Source of the DNA: a virus
Lineage: Duplodnaviria; Caudoviricetes
DNA length: 64,000 bases
Strand: one strand, 5' to 3'
Virus record (IMG/VR): IMGVR_UViG_3300044656_000123
Coordinates: 32,119 to 96,118 of that record
Shown: one piece after another, positions 9,594 to 19,036 of the stretch
Numbering within the stretch: the first letter of the stretch is position 1
Layout: each line of letters opens with the position of its first letter
Position numbers and translations under genes: made by a program
The notes under the pieces: model-generated
Seen by the model: only the letters and a program-made list of their open reading frames with translations
Databases searched by the model: none
What the model was told of the DNA's origin: nothing

Positions 9594-9810
9594 ATTGCCA
9601 TTGCCTTTTCTCTCAGGCGGCATGCTCTTCATGGCAGGATTGCTATTCTGGACAGAATATACGTTCAGAACGGACTACATGTTTTTTATGTTGGGCGCAT
9701 TCTGCCTGTATGGGTCACAATTCCCGATTCGATCAGGTTTAATTATATTGGAGGCGTATGAATCCAAATACAGTACTTATGCTCTTTGGGACTTACTTAA
9801 GCATCAATAA
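9565..9810 (+). CDS. small membrane protein
   Basis: Two hydrophobic segments; GAGGT SD. Confidence 0.55.
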   Translation: MILTKQEAARLPLPFLSGGMLFMAGLLFWTEYTFRTDYMFFMLGAFCLYGSQFPIRSGLIILEAYESKYSTYALWDLLKHQ

Positions 9811-10087
9811 GTTCCTTGACGATTTTAGCAACTGGACAATGTACCAGACCGACCACTACAACGGTGACTACAAAAACGTCTTTGCACATGGAGAACATCA
9901 AATCATCTCCTTTTGCGTTGTTTTGCGTGATACGAAGTTCATGCGCATAGACGAAGCAGCTACCAGACATGGCGTTGCTTATTGCGGCCTTGACGGTACG
10001 CTAGGGCATGTGGCACCTTCCAACACAATGCGTATGACAACGCAAAAGGCTGTAACAGACGCATTGATTAAGCTAGGTGCGTTGTGA
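9758..10087 (+). CDS. hypothetical protein
   Basis: GGAGG SD. Confidence 0.7.
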   Translation: MNPNTVLMLFGTYLSINKFLDDFSNWTMYQTDHYNGDYKNVFAHGEHQIISFCVVLRDTKFMRIDEAATRHGVAYCGLDGTLGHVAPSNTMRMTTQKAVTDALIKLGAL

Positions 10088-10347
10088 TCGAAATATTGTG
10101 CTCAGGCTATCCCGGTCTTATTGATGAAGAGTTTTGTAAGTTCATGACCATGCAGCTTAACGATGGTCAGACGCATCGTATGGTACGGTGGTTAGACACT
10201 GGCAATAGTAACCATTTAGTGTACTATCTGCTGAACGAGGACATAGCCGCCAACATCGAAGCTATAAAGCGCTGGTGTGGCAATAATATGCGACACATCG
10301 AGCGAGTACAAATAGGATACGGGCATAGTGGGCGACTTACTACGTGA
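10084..10347 (+). CDS. hypothetical protein
   Basis: GTGA overlap with the upstream gene. Confidence 0.6.
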   Translation: MIEILCSGYPGLIDEEFCKFMTMQLNDGQTHRMVRWLDTGNSNHLVYYLLNEDIAANIEAIKRWCGNNMRHIERVQIGYGHSGRLTT

Positions 10348-10489
10348 CATTAATCAAGCCGTAAAAGACGCCTTTGCATTGATACCCCGCGCTATGATGG
10401 CAGTCTTAGACATAGCTGTTGAGTGGTGGGGTATCATCGTATTTCTTGGCTTTATTTTCGGCGTAGTCTTATGGGTTGCGTTCAAATGA
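10328..10489 (+). CDS. small membrane protein, 53 aa (not in track)
   Basis: VGDLLRDINQ...WWGIIVFLGFIFGVVLWVAFK*; ATGA-coupled to the next gene. Confidence 0.55.
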   Translation: MGDLLRDINQAVKDAFALIPRAMMAVLDIAVEWWGIIVFLGFIFGVVLWVAFK

Positions 10490-11061
10490 CAGAGTTTACA
10501 GGTCATGATTGGCCTTATGAGCCGTTAGAGCAGCAGAGAAAGGCGCTAAAGGATGGAGAGTACCATATCTTGCTTGCAGGCGAAATCTACGACGTTGACG
10601 CGATACACGCGATTATCACAACACTATCATTCTTGCAACGATACGGAAGGCCATTTCACCGTCTCTATAAATTGGTCAGGCATCGGCCTAGCTCAGTTAG
10701 TAGTGTCATCAGGTGCGAGATCCCGTTTAAGCATCAATCATTTACAGTCTCATCGCATCGAATTGCGATGCTCCGCATGCTGTTGGAGCACTGTAGCGAT
10801 AGCACCTTATATGAGATAACACACTGTAAAAATGGTGAGTTGATCAGTGAAAAGAACTTTCCTGAGTACGAGCCAGGGGCCTTAAATGCTACGCTGGAAG
10901 CCGCGCTAAAAGAACGAGGTTGGGTAGAGCCAACAGGCAAGCCGTTTTACGACACAATAGAACAATGGCAGGAGCGTAAGAAGCTAGGCAAGAAAGCCCC
11001 GGTGTTGTCGATACACCGATTTTACGATGAACTAGCACACCTATGGAGGAAGAAGCGATGA
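10486..11061 (+). CDS. hypothetical protein
   Basis: ATGA coupling at both ends. Confidence 0.65.
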   Translation: MTEFTGHDWPYEPLEQQRKALKDGEYHILLAGEIYDVDAIHAIITTLSFLQRYGRPFHRLYKLVRHRPSSVSSVIRCEIPFKHQSFTVSSHRIAMLRMLLEHCSDSTLYEITHCKNGELISEKNFPEYEPGALNATLEAALKERGWVEPTGKPFYDTIEQWQERKKLGKKAPVLSIHRFYDELAHLWRKKR

Positions 11062-11393
11062 ATGAATACCGCAAACAGGACCTAGAAGAAAGGCATCGGC
11101 TAGGCAGAGCAGAGTACAAGCGTCGGCTTGAAGCGTTAAAGATTGTTACTGACGATATACAAGAAACGAGAGTAGCCCTAGCGCGTGTATGGCTGGCTGA
11201 GCACTATCCTGACGAAGATGTTACCGTAACAGCATCACCGTCGTCTCTGGAAAACATTGCGCTAGGCTTCCACATAGATCACAAAGTATACGCATACCGT
11301 GTCGGGGGTCCTGAGACTGCACAGATAGCGCGTGAGCTAGTTGATTACTTCAACACCATCGGCGGATTTAACTTTATGTTTTCCCGTATCTAA
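11058..11393 (+). CDS. hypothetical protein
   Basis: GGAGG SD; followed by hairpin at about 11398-11424. Confidence 0.7.
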   Translation: MNEYRKQDLEERHRLGRAEYKRRLEALKIVTDDIQETRVALARVWLAEHYPDEDVTVTASPSSLENIALGFHIDHKVYAYRVGGPETAQIARELVDYFNTIGGFNFMFSRI

Positions 11394-11445
11394 GCAAAGC
11401 CCGGTAGAAAACTCATACCGGGCTAATATTTTGCCTAAAACCCTA

Positions 11446-11474
11446 TTGACATATGCGTATTAGCATGGTATATT
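11446..11474 (+). promoter_or_regulatory. early promoter/operator cassette
   Basis: TTGACA TATGCGTATTAGCATGG TATATT. Confidence 0.85.
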
Positions 11475-11504
11475 TAATCCATCAAGGCGAAGGGAGAAAG
11501 AACG

Positions 11505-11768
11505 ATGAACGAAATGCAAGCGATGCTTGAACACTTGGCAGGGCTAAGAGGCAGGCCGCGCAATCAACACACTGAGGCCGCGTTAAAGGAGCTTGAAGAG
11601 TCTATGCATGCATGGCCTGAGCCGTACAGTGACAAAGAGATTGAACATATTCTTGCTGACCGACGTATAGCCGCGCTGCTAGTGCTGTTATGTCCACCTG
11701 AGTACAAAGACCGCGTTACAAAGATTGCTCAGGCGTACAGTGACGGTAATCACTGGCAATACTACTAG
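11505..11768 (+). CDS. hypothetical protein
   Basis: GGAG SD; first gene after promoter. Confidence 0.7.
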   Translation: MNEMQAMLEHLAGLRGRPRNQHTEAALKELEESMHAWPEPYSDKEIEHILADRRIAALLVLLCPPEYKDRVTKIAQAYSDGNHWQYY

Positions 11769-11780
11769 GGGAGAACAGCG

Positions 11781-11873
11781 ATGAACGAAGTTACCACAAC
11801 GCTGTTTCTCATCCCGGCGACGATCTTTACAGTATGTATAGCGGCTGTCCTGTTTCTTGCTCCGAGAAAATGA
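11781..11873 (+). CDS. 30-aa membrane peptide (not in track)
   Basis: GGAG SD; MNEVTTTLFLIPATIFTVCIAAVLFLAPRK*. Confidence 0.5.
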   Translation: MNEVTTTLFLIPATIFTVCIAAVLFLAPRK

Positions 11874-11947
11874 CAGTCAATCTATGGATTGTGGCGATAA
11901 GCATAGTTATTGCATTGTTGATGTGCTGGTTACTAGAAAGGTCTTAG
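11870..11947 (+). CDS. 25-aa membrane peptide, or frameshifted continuation of the previous ORF
   Basis: MTVNLWIVAISIVIALLMCWLLERS*; ATGA overlap. Confidence 0.4.
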   Translation: MTVNLWIVAISIVIALLMCWLLERS

Positions 11948-11949
11948 TT

Positions 11950-12261
11950 ATGAATCCGCAAGAAATAGCCGCGCAAGCGGTACGCTATTGCAATGCTATG
12001 GACGCTTACGAGGCCCGTGAAGCCTATCTACGCAAGTTAGCGTTTTCGACGCTCCGGGGCATGGTGGTACGCATTGCGCAAGGCGATGAGGACTATGTAC
12101 AAAGCGTCACAACGCAGCCGAAAAGTGGCCTTGTTGCTACGCTGGTAGAGTTTGAGTGTGGCGGCGCGGTGCAAGAGGCTGAAGAACTGCTAAAAACAAT
12201 GGGTGTAGACGTAGAACAGCTTGAAGAAATAAGGAGAGCAGGTAAAAATGAGAGAGATTGA
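11950..12261 (+). CDS. hypothetical protein
   Basis: AAGG SD before ATG 11950. Confidence 0.65.
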   Translation: MNPQEIAAQAVRYCNAMDAYEAREAYLRKLAFSTLRGMVVRIAQGDEDYVQSVTTQPKSGLVATLVEFECGGAVQEAEELLKTMGVDVEQLEEIRRAGKNERD

Positions 12262-12420
12262 ACAATATTACAGTTACCTTGTGATGCCAGAGGACCGGGA
12301 CCCTAGTGAGGACCTTAAAAAGGCAAATATGATAGCTGTCATTGGACTACGCTGCTATCAGAGCTAGCGCGGCGCGGCGTCGTACCGGAAGGTGAGTATA
12401 TTGTAGAAGTTTGTTGGTAG
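12248..12420 (+). pseudogene. short gene apparently split by a frameshift at an A5 run near 12320
   Basis: MREIEQYY...EDLK continues in the -1 frame as GKYDSCHWTTLLSELARRGVVPEGEYIVEVCW*. Confidence 0.4.
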
Positions 12421-12450
12421 TCTAGTCGCAAAGTAAGGAGAATAAGGCAC

Positions 12451-13188
12451 ATGGCTGAGCAAATTAAAGAGACGCACGATCAGAAACTTGAACGTTACAA
12501 GAAGAAGATTAAGGCCCTGCTAGAACTAGCTAAAAGTTCTAATCAGGAAGAGGCCGCAAGTGCTAGCGCTAAAGCGATGCAGCTATGTATGCAATTTAAC
12601 ATAGACGTAGCAGAGGCCGGGGAATGGACAGCAGACAGCTACGATACCCTAGACATCAAGATAGGGCGCGATAAATGGAAGCGCTTGCTGCTTGATGGGC
12701 TATGCAAGTACAACTTTTGTCGCCGCTTCTACCAAGCACGCTACGCACGTGCCTACATTGTAGGCGAGAAAGACAACCGTGAATTAGTAGAGCTTATGGT
12801 GTACAGCCTGATCAAGAGCCTAGAGGAGATGGCTAAAGAGGCGTACAAAAACTATGGCGTGGGCCATGCGCGTCACTGGAAAGATGAGTATTATACAGGT
12901 GCAACAGCAGCAATATGGGACCGCTTAGAGAAGGAAAGGGGAGCAGTTGAGCATGCCGCGCAAATTGAAGCCGCTTCGCCAGCAGGGACCGGGCTAGCTA
13001 CGCAAACGATGGCTCTAATTGTTGTAAAAAATGACGCGCTAGAAGAGGCGTGCAATCGCATTGTCAAGAACGTTAGAAAAGAGCCAAAGAAGCGCTACAA
13101 GTTTGATACTGGTGCGTTTCACCGTGGTTATGAGGACGGTAAAAATGTAGCGATGACAAACCGCAAACAGATCGGAGCAGCAAGCTAA
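12451..13188 (+). CDS. DUF2786-domain protein
   Basis: KKIKALLELAKSSNQEEAASASAKAMQLCMQFNI matches the DUF2786 N-terminal pattern. Confidence 0.75.
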   Translation: MAEQIKETHDQKLERYKKKIKALLELAKSSNQEEAASASAKAMQLCMQFNIDVAEAGEWTADSYDTLDIKIGRDKWKRLLLDGLCKYNFCRRFYQARYARAYIVGEKDNRELVELMVYSLIKSLEEMAKEAYKNYGVGHARHWKDEYYTGATAAIWDRLEKERGAVEHAAQIEAASPAGTGLATQTMALIVVKNDALEEACNRIVKNVRKEPKKRYKFDTGAFHRGYEDGKNVAMTNRKQIGAAS

Positions 13189-13559
13189 TGCAAATGCTAA
13201 TATTAACGGACGATGAAGCGACAGAGCTACGCCTTTCACTTAGAAGCTCTATGCTCAACACGGAAAGCTCAATAAACTTGCTAGGTGAACTTATGTCGCC
13301 CGGTGTCATGGAAGTGTGGAAACACAGTCAAGAGCTACGCCAAACGATACTAGACAAGCTAGACGGGAAAGTACCAACGGTCCCCATGACACCGCAAGTA
13401 GCCGCGTACCTGAAAGACAGGCTACGCAAGCTTCGAGACTTGCGCGGAATTGACTTTGAGACAGCAAAGCTAAATTTCAGGCAGGAGCTTTCTGCGTTCG
13501 GTCTTGATGTGCTGTCCGACGAAAACGAGGATTATTACGGCGTAGGGCTAGGAGAGTAA
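13188..13559 (+). CDS. hypothetical protein
   Basis: TAATG coupling, GGAG SD. Confidence 0.7.
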   Translation: MQMLILTDDEATELRLSLRSSMLNTESSINLLGELMSPGVMEVWKHSQELRQTILDKLDGKVPTVPMTPQVAAYLKDRLRKLRDLRGIDFETAKLNFRQELSAFGLDVLSDENEDYYGVGLGE

Positions 13560-13577
13560 CCCGGCGCGGTCTTTGGC

Positions 13578-13607
13578 AAAACCTGTACAAAATTTTGTAC
13601 AGGTTTT
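13578..13607 (+). terminator. perfect palindrome terminator
   Basis: AAAACCTGTACAAAA/TTTTGTACAGGTTTT followed by T-run. Confidence 0.7.
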
Positions 13608-13627
13608 TTATTGTCAAAAATTAGGTA

Positions 13628-13656
13628 TTGACATATGCGTAAAGACATGTTATATT
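13628..13656 (+). promoter_or_regulatory. early promoter/operator cassette
   Basis: TTGACA TATGCGTAAAGACATGT TATATT. Confidence 0.85.
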
Positions 13657-13691
13657 GTTCACAGATCAAACAACGCAAGGAGTTATGAGAA

Positions 13692-14324
13692 ATGGACACA
13701 GTAAGAATCTACGGGACAGACCGGGAAGTAAACGCGGTCAACGCTATCTTGAAAAGAGCGCCGCTTGACGCTGATTGGTACTTTCAATGTAGCGGTAAAG
13801 ACATCTGGTATCACGTTTTCCCGGCTTCCGACCTTATAAACGATGTAAACCTAGTTGCCGCGCTTTCTCATCTTTACCCGCTTATGCTGTATCGCTTCTA
13901 TGATGGTGACAACCTGATGCAAGGCAGGCGGGCCGGGATAAACAGCGACGACTACACCAACTACAACAATAGCCGTAACTGGAATCTGCACGACATTTTG
14001 CGCCGTAATTACTCGCTAGGCTATAACCTATATCCGATGGACATGCGGTGTAACCTTACGGCGGCTTACCACAACCTAGCAGCAACGATCTATAAAGCGA
14101 TGGCAAATGAAGCCCTGATCGTTGAAGAGGCCATAGTACGCGAATCCTCGCTTGCACCTTCTGAAGAGGAATACCCTATTATTAACGCACGTCAATGGCT
14201 TGCGGCGCGGCGTCACGACTTCATCAAGGCTCAGAACAAGACCGACGATCTACGCCAACGCGTGACCTTGATTAGCGCGGTTATTACAATGATTGACGAA
14301 CACATAAAGGGCAACAGAGCATGA
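13692..14324 (+). CDS. hypothetical protein
   Basis: AAGGAG SD. Confidence 0.75.
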   Translation: MDTVRIYGTDREVNAVNAILKRAPLDADWYFQCSGKDIWYHVFPASDLINDVNLVAALSHLYPLMLYRFYDGDNLMQGRRAGINSDDYTNYNNSRNWNLHDILRRNYSLGYNLYPMDMRCNLTAAYHNLAATIYKAMANEALIVEEAIVRESSLAPSEEEYPIINARQWLAARRHDFIKAQNKTDDLRQRVTLISAVITMIDEHIKGNRA

Positions 14325-14734
14325 TAAACGAGGAAAGTTTAAAGACCCGCGTGCTAGAAAGACGCATAGAAGCACACTGTAAATTGCCCCTTGCCCCGGA
14401 ATTAGCTCAGCAATTTAAAGATGCGTACGAGCACATCAACAGAGCAACGTACTGGCAAGAGGATTCTCACCCCTGGCAAGAGACCGGGCGCTATGTACGA
14501 TCTTTGTCAAACGGTGCTTTAAAATCGTTTCTTGTCATGCAGATACGCGAAATACAGCGCATGATACCAGATGATTTCATTGACTTTCTTGAAGCTGATA
14601 ACACGACACTCAGAAACGAGATACTAAACCGCGTTGGCGCTGAAATGCAGCAATACAACTACATCGGCCTTTTGCTTGAAGAAATTGAGTTGTTAAGATC
14701 GACAGTTAGAAAATTTGAGGGAGAACAATCATGA
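14321..14734 (+). CDS. hypothetical protein
   Basis: ATGA coupling. Confidence 0.7.
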   Translation: MINEESLKTRVLERRIEAHCKLPLAPELAQQFKDAYEHINRATYWQEDSHPWQETGRYVRSLSNGALKSFLVMQIREIQRMIPDDFIDFLEADNTTLRNEILNRVGAEMQQYNYIGLLLEEIELLRSTVRKFEGEQS

Positions 14735-15465
14735 CAATTTCACGCATCGAGCATTACAGAGTCTTGCTTCTGATCACAGAGATAACAAAGTTTAAAGATG
14801 GTTTTTATGGGAGCGATACAACACCAGCAACCAAAGAGCTAGACACGTTTCTCACCTACCTTGAGTTGCTTACGATGTGGGATGAATCCGCTAAGCCCTG
14901 GCAACAAGCCGTGTTACTGGCAAACAGCAAAACAGACGGTAAAACGTACACCTACCTCATGAACACTTTACGCCGGGTTGAAGAGGCCGATGAAGCCACG
15001 ATCTTTACGGTGATTGAAGTAGAAAACGACAGGCTACGCAAGGAAGTGCAGAAGGCCGCTATCATAGACAGGGACCGCATTGAACGCATTAAGGAGCTTC
15101 TTGACGAAAACAAGGAGTTAAACAGGCAGATCGAAGGTCTACGCGCCACAAACGATGATTTGATTGCAGAGGCAAGCGACAACGAAGAAAGTCTAGCAGA
15201 TGCCAGTGAAGAAGTTACGTCACTTGAAAACAAGGTAAATGACCTAGAGGACCGAATACAGGACCTAGAGGATGATTTGACGCAAGCAAAGAACGATCTA
15301 GAGGACATGGCTGCTGAACGCGATGAGTACAGGCGTGAATTGCGGCTTGCCAATGACGAACTAGACGAAGTTAAGGCCGAATTAAGCCAAGCAAAAGATG
15401 ATTATAGAAACGCGCTAGACGACGCTGAAGATCTTAGAGACAAGCTAGAACAGCACCAAATGTAA
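14731..15465 (+). CDS. acidic coiled-coil protein
   Basis: Heptad-like LEN/LED/LE repeats over the C-terminal 140 aa. Confidence 0.75.
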   Translation: MTISRIEHYRVLLLITEITKFKDGFYGSDTTPATKELDTFLTYLELLTMWDESAKPWQQAVLLANSKTDGKTYTYLMNTLRRVEEADEATIFTVIEVENDRLRKEVQKAAIIDRDRIERIKELLDENKELNRQIEGLRATNDDLIAEASDNEESLADASEEVTSLENKVNDLEDRIQDLEDDLTQAKNDLEDMAAERDEYRRELRLANDELDEVKAELSQAKDDYRNALDDAEDLRDKLEQHQM

Positions 15466-15495
15466 AACGGGTTTTAAAATTGTCATAAATACCCC

Positions 15496-15524
15496 TTGAC
15501 ATATGCGTAAAAGCATGGTAAATT
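15496..15524 (+). promoter_or_regulatory. early promoter/operator cassette
   Basis: TTGACA TATGCGTAAAAGCATGG TAAATT. Confidence 0.85.
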
Positions 15525-15578
15525 ATTGACAACGAAGCGATACAAAAAAACGAACGCAGAAAGTAAGGAGTAAGAAAC

Positions 15579-16604
15579 ATGGTTCAGTTTATTAAAAAGA
15601 CAAAGACAAGCAGTGCTCAGGTGATTTTTGACAAAGAGACACTAGATAGCTTGCGAGCTACGTTTAGCGAAAAATACTTCGATCTTAAGCTTGAACATAA
15701 AATATGGTCTCTGCCAGTGGCTTTCGGCTCTTGTCTCACCTGTCGCATGAATAGCCGCGTTATAAAGTTCGTCTACCACGACACGGCTATCGTGACATGG
15801 AACGAGGACAAAACGATCACACTCAACACCGGGGGCTTTATCAGCAATGCCACAAAAGAAAAATTAAACTTTGCACTTTCCGGTCACGGCTTCGTACAAA
15901 CTGCGTGGGATGGCTCAGGACAATGGACGTTGCACCTTGTTGATACGTGGAAGCCATTGCAGGAGAACGGGCGACCTCACTACCTGCCTTCGATCAAGCT
16001 CTATGATGGCCTGACATTTGAAGAGGATAATCATACAATCATCAGCACAGAGCCGCGCATTGACAAAGACACCTATGTAGACCTCTTTGCACTGTACAAG
16101 GAGCTAGGTGGTAGGGGCCGCGCCGCCAACGCTCATGATGGTGTTAGCCTTGCTGAGTATGACAAGCTTATAGATCGTCTTGTCAAGCAGTACTGTGAGC
16201 TTGTCATAACCTGGGAGAACTTAGACCGCTACAACAATAACCACGCTGATTGTCATGTCTGTGATGAGTGGGAAGAAATTATTGATCGTGGTCTAGATGA
16301 GGGTGTTATTAAACCTGCTGGACGATCAGGGACCATTAAAGAGCAGTGCTTAGGTTTACTGCGTACGCACGATGCACGTCAAGACGATGAGGACCGTGAC
16401 CACCTGTTACAACACGTCAAACAAGGCAAGTTTAACAGCAGCATCGTATGGATAGCCTTGAAGATAGCACAGTTAAACCCTGTCTATTACATGCATCACA
16501 GCACATCGGAATACTACGCAGAAAGAAACCTTAAAACTATGCGACACTACACCGGGCGCATGTTACGCCGCATGCTGCATAAAGGCGTTGTCAACGTAGC
16601 ATAG
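15579..16604 (+). CDS. hypothetical phage protein
   Basis: AAGGAG SD; YHDTAIV...ITLNTGG...TKEKLN pattern recalled from phage hypotheticals. Confidence 0.8.
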   Translation: MVQFIKKTKTSSAQVIFDKETLDSLRATFSEKYFDLKLEHKIWSLPVAFGSCLTCRMNSRVIKFVYHDTAIVTWNEDKTITLNTGGFISNATKEKLNFALSGHGFVQTAWDGSGQWTLHLVDTWKPLQENGRPHYLPSIKLYDGLTFEEDNHTIISTEPRIDKDTYVDLFALYKELGGRGRAANAHDGVSLAEYDKLIDRLVKQYCELVITWENLDRYNNNHADCHVCDEWEEIIDRGLDEGVIKPAGRSGTIKEQCLGLLRTHDARQDDEDRDHLLQHVKQGKFNSSIVWIALKIAQLNPVYYMHHSTSEYYAERNLKTMRHYTGRMLRRMLHKGVVNVA

Positions 16605-16668
16605 CTCTATCATCTAACGTCAATTCGGCGCGGCTTTAACACCGCGCCTCACAAGGAGAATACACAAT

Positions 16669-17016
16669 ATGGCATATCAGACCGTGTTAAATACACAGCA
16701 GATCGAAGATACAAAACGTCTAATAGGTGAGCACACTGATATTATCACCGGATTTTTCACCAACGACAACAACGCTTTTAGCGCGGCTTTACGCATACTA
16801 GACCGCGCCGCGCCAACAAAAGACCCTGATATAGCAATAACCGCGCTGAAAGCCTACGTTTCTGATCGCATCGGCCTTGCAATCAATCAGAACCATGATA
16901 AAACGCTAGCGTGCAACTTCACGCAGACCGGGTTAAACCTCGTAGATTGGTACGCAGTGCTCAGCATTTTGCAGGAGATAAAAGACGCTAAAGACTTAGA
17001 TCAACAACCGTTTTAA
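16669..17016 (+). CDS. hypothetical protein
   Basis: AAGGAG SD; terminator hairpin at about 17034-17075. Confidence 0.75.
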   Translation: MAYQTVLNTQQIEDTKRLIGEHTDIITGFFTNDNNAFSAALRILDRAAPTKDPDIAITALKAYVSDRIGLAINQNHDKTLACNFTQTGLNLVDWYAVLSILQEIKDAKDLDQQPF

Positions 17017-17205
17017 GCCGCGCCGTTAACCTTAAATCACTTCTGTAAATGGTTATTTACGGAAGTGATTTTTTATTTGGTTGTAATTAAACCGCCATTT
17101 AATTAACCATTTATTACCGTTAATGCCCGTAATATAGGGTAATTAAATAGAAATTTTCTTACCCTATTCAATTTTACCAGTTTTTAAATTATCATAAATT
17201 AGGTA

Positions 17206-17234
17206 TTGACATATGTGTAAAAGCATGCTAATAT
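17206..17234 (+). promoter_or_regulatory. early promoter/operator cassette
   Basis: TTGACA TATGTGTAAAAGCATGC TAATAT; about 65 bp near-identical to 13618-13682. Confidence 0.8.
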
Positions 17235-17268
17235 TGTTCACAGATCAAACACAGCAAGGAGCAAACCG

Positions 17269-17373
17269 ATGAAGCTAAGCCATGAATACGTCATTATCTG
17301 CGTTGCCATTATGATCATTGTCCCACTTGTGTTTATAGGTCTGTACTATGGCCTGGTTACGCTTATCCCATAA
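17269..17373 (+). CDS. 34-aa membrane peptide (not in track)
   Basis: AAGGAG SD; MKLSHEYVIICVAIMIIVPLVFIGLYYGLVTLIP*. Confidence 0.65.
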   Translation: MKLSHEYVIICVAIMIIVPLVFIGLYYGLVTLIP

Positions 17374-17384
17374 GGAGCAACAAC

Positions 17385-17978
17385 ATGATCACACATAAAG
17401 AAATACGCACGTCAACCGGGCTTACGTGGGACATGCTAAAAGATCAAGTGCTAGCACTTGGCAGACTTTTTTGCTCAGGTGTCGATGTATATGACAAGGC
17501 TATTGACTTCTGTGAGTACATCATGACACTGATGCAATGCATGGAAAACCATGACTACGAGGTAGAAGCAGACAAGGCTTTTATGTGGTTGTACGTGGCC
17601 TCACATCAATACTACGTTCGTCACAGTCTTTGCATTGTCGGATACAAGAAATTTATTGATCTACTAGTACACCGTGATTATAGTCCTTACCCCGGCGCGA
17701 TAGTTCGAGATAATTTGTATTGGCTCTTTACGCAGAAATGTTTTGTCACTCCTACACACGGCGCGGTGTTGTGGAATCTGTACTTGACGACAGGTACAGA
17801 GCAAGAAGCTAAGCCGAATCTTAGCGCTTACATGACGTTTGCATTTCTCTATAAGCATATGCCTGTATGGTATCGCAAAGACTTGCCCCCTACTGAGACA
17901 TGGAAAAGAGAAGCGATATTCATGGCCTTACCTGCCATACTTGGCACTGATTTTTGTGAGATTCAAAAATTGCCATAA
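17385..17978 (+). CDS. hypothetical protein
   Basis: AAGGAG SD. Confidence 0.75.
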   Translation: MITHKEIRTSTGLTWDMLKDQVLALGRLFCSGVDVYDKAIDFCEYIMTLMQCMENHDYEVEADKAFMWLYVASHQYYVRHSLCIVGYKKFIDLLVHRDYSPYPGAIVRDNLYWLFTQKCFVTPTHGAVLWNLYLTTGTEQEAKPNLSAYMTFAFLYKHMPVWYRKDLPPTETWKREAIFMALPAILGTDFCEIQKLP

Positions 17979-17985
17979 ATACCAC

Positions 17986-18014
17986 TTGACACATGCGTAA
18001 AGAAATGTTATATT
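17986..18014 (+). promoter_or_regulatory. early promoter/operator cassette
   Basis: TTGACA CATGCGTAAAGAAATGT TATATT. Confidence 0.8.
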
Positions 18015-18056
18015 GAGACCACGACAACGAACACACAAAGTAAGGAGTTGAGACAC

Positions 18057-18716
18057 ATGGAGAACTGGACAAACATCAATGATATTATTGCCAAGTACAA
18101 GACAAAGTACGCGCTAGAGCCAAAGACAGAAGAAAAATGGCGTGAGGCTACTACGATCTACGCGGGTCACTTCTTCATCTTTCAAGACGCCGCAAAATTA
18201 GGTGAGGGAGGCGGTAAATGGCACCTCTTACACGCAGACAAGCACGCTAACACTACCTATGTGTATGGAAGCTATAGCAAAGAAAAGGTTGAAGAAGTTG
18301 CCGCGTGGCTCACTGAGACCGGGCCATTTACACGTATCAGTGAAATTACTGAGAAGTGCAGGAAAGCAAACAATAATTACTTTGAGTCTAGAGGCGGATT
18401 TAAGCGCTATTCCGGTTTCCCGAACGAAGTTGTGTACGCTGGACGTTTCTTCATCGAGCGACTACGCCAAAATTTTCCGCTCAGTCATAGCCGTTCAGAG
18501 ACCACGTATCGTATTCTCTGCGTTGACGACAACGGAAGCGAGGTCACGAAGCTCAGCGAACATTATAACCTTGACTCTTGCAAGCGTCACATTGCAAAAA
18601 TCACACAGTACGCCGCGCCGCGTACGAAGCCAACTGAGTACGAAGAATATTGCAACCGCGTCAACGCTGCGCATGGCTTGCGTTTCGGTGTCATTGACAT
18701 TGAAGTACAGGAGTAA
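18057..18716 (+). CDS. hypothetical protein with internal duplication
   Basis: IYAGHFFI and VYAGRFFI in the two halves; AAGGAG SD. Confidence 0.75.
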   Translation: MENWTNINDIIAKYKTKYALEPKTEEKWREATTIYAGHFFIFQDAAKLGEGGGKWHLLHADKHANTTYVYGSYSKEKVEEVAAWLTETGPFTRISEITEKCRKANNNYFESRGGFKRYSGFPNEVVYAGRFFIERLRQNFPLSHSRSETTYRILCVDDNGSEVTKLSEHYNLDSCKRHIAKITQYAAPRTKPTEYEEYCNRVNAAHGLRFGVIDIEVQE

Positions 18717-18719
18717 AAC

Positions 18720-19031
18720 ATGCAACTGACTGAAGAAGAAGCGCTTGCTATGTTCCTGATCTTAAAAGCGTGCATAGTAGAAAATAACGTAGAAGGTGCA
18801 AGGCATTACATGCGCCAATATAAAGGTAGCTTAAAAAATGTCATAACGTTCGCTTCCAAGCTGTATGATACGATGCCATACAACTATAGCAAGCCGGAAT
18901 TAATCGGCAAGGTCATAGCGACTATTCAAGTCATAGACCCGGAAACAGGTGAACCGCGTGAAAGCTGTGAATGCAGCATGTGTACAAACAACACGGAATT
19001 AAAAGTAAACGAAGCGCATACAGGAGAATAA
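18720..19031 (+). CDS. hypothetical protein
   Basis: AGGAG SD. Confidence 0.7.
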   Translation: MQLTEEEALAMFLILKACIVENNVEGARHYMRQYKGSLKNVITFASKLYDTMPYNYSKPELIGKVIATIQVIDPETGEPRESCECSMCTNNTELKVNEAHTGE

Positions 19032-19036
19032 AAATC

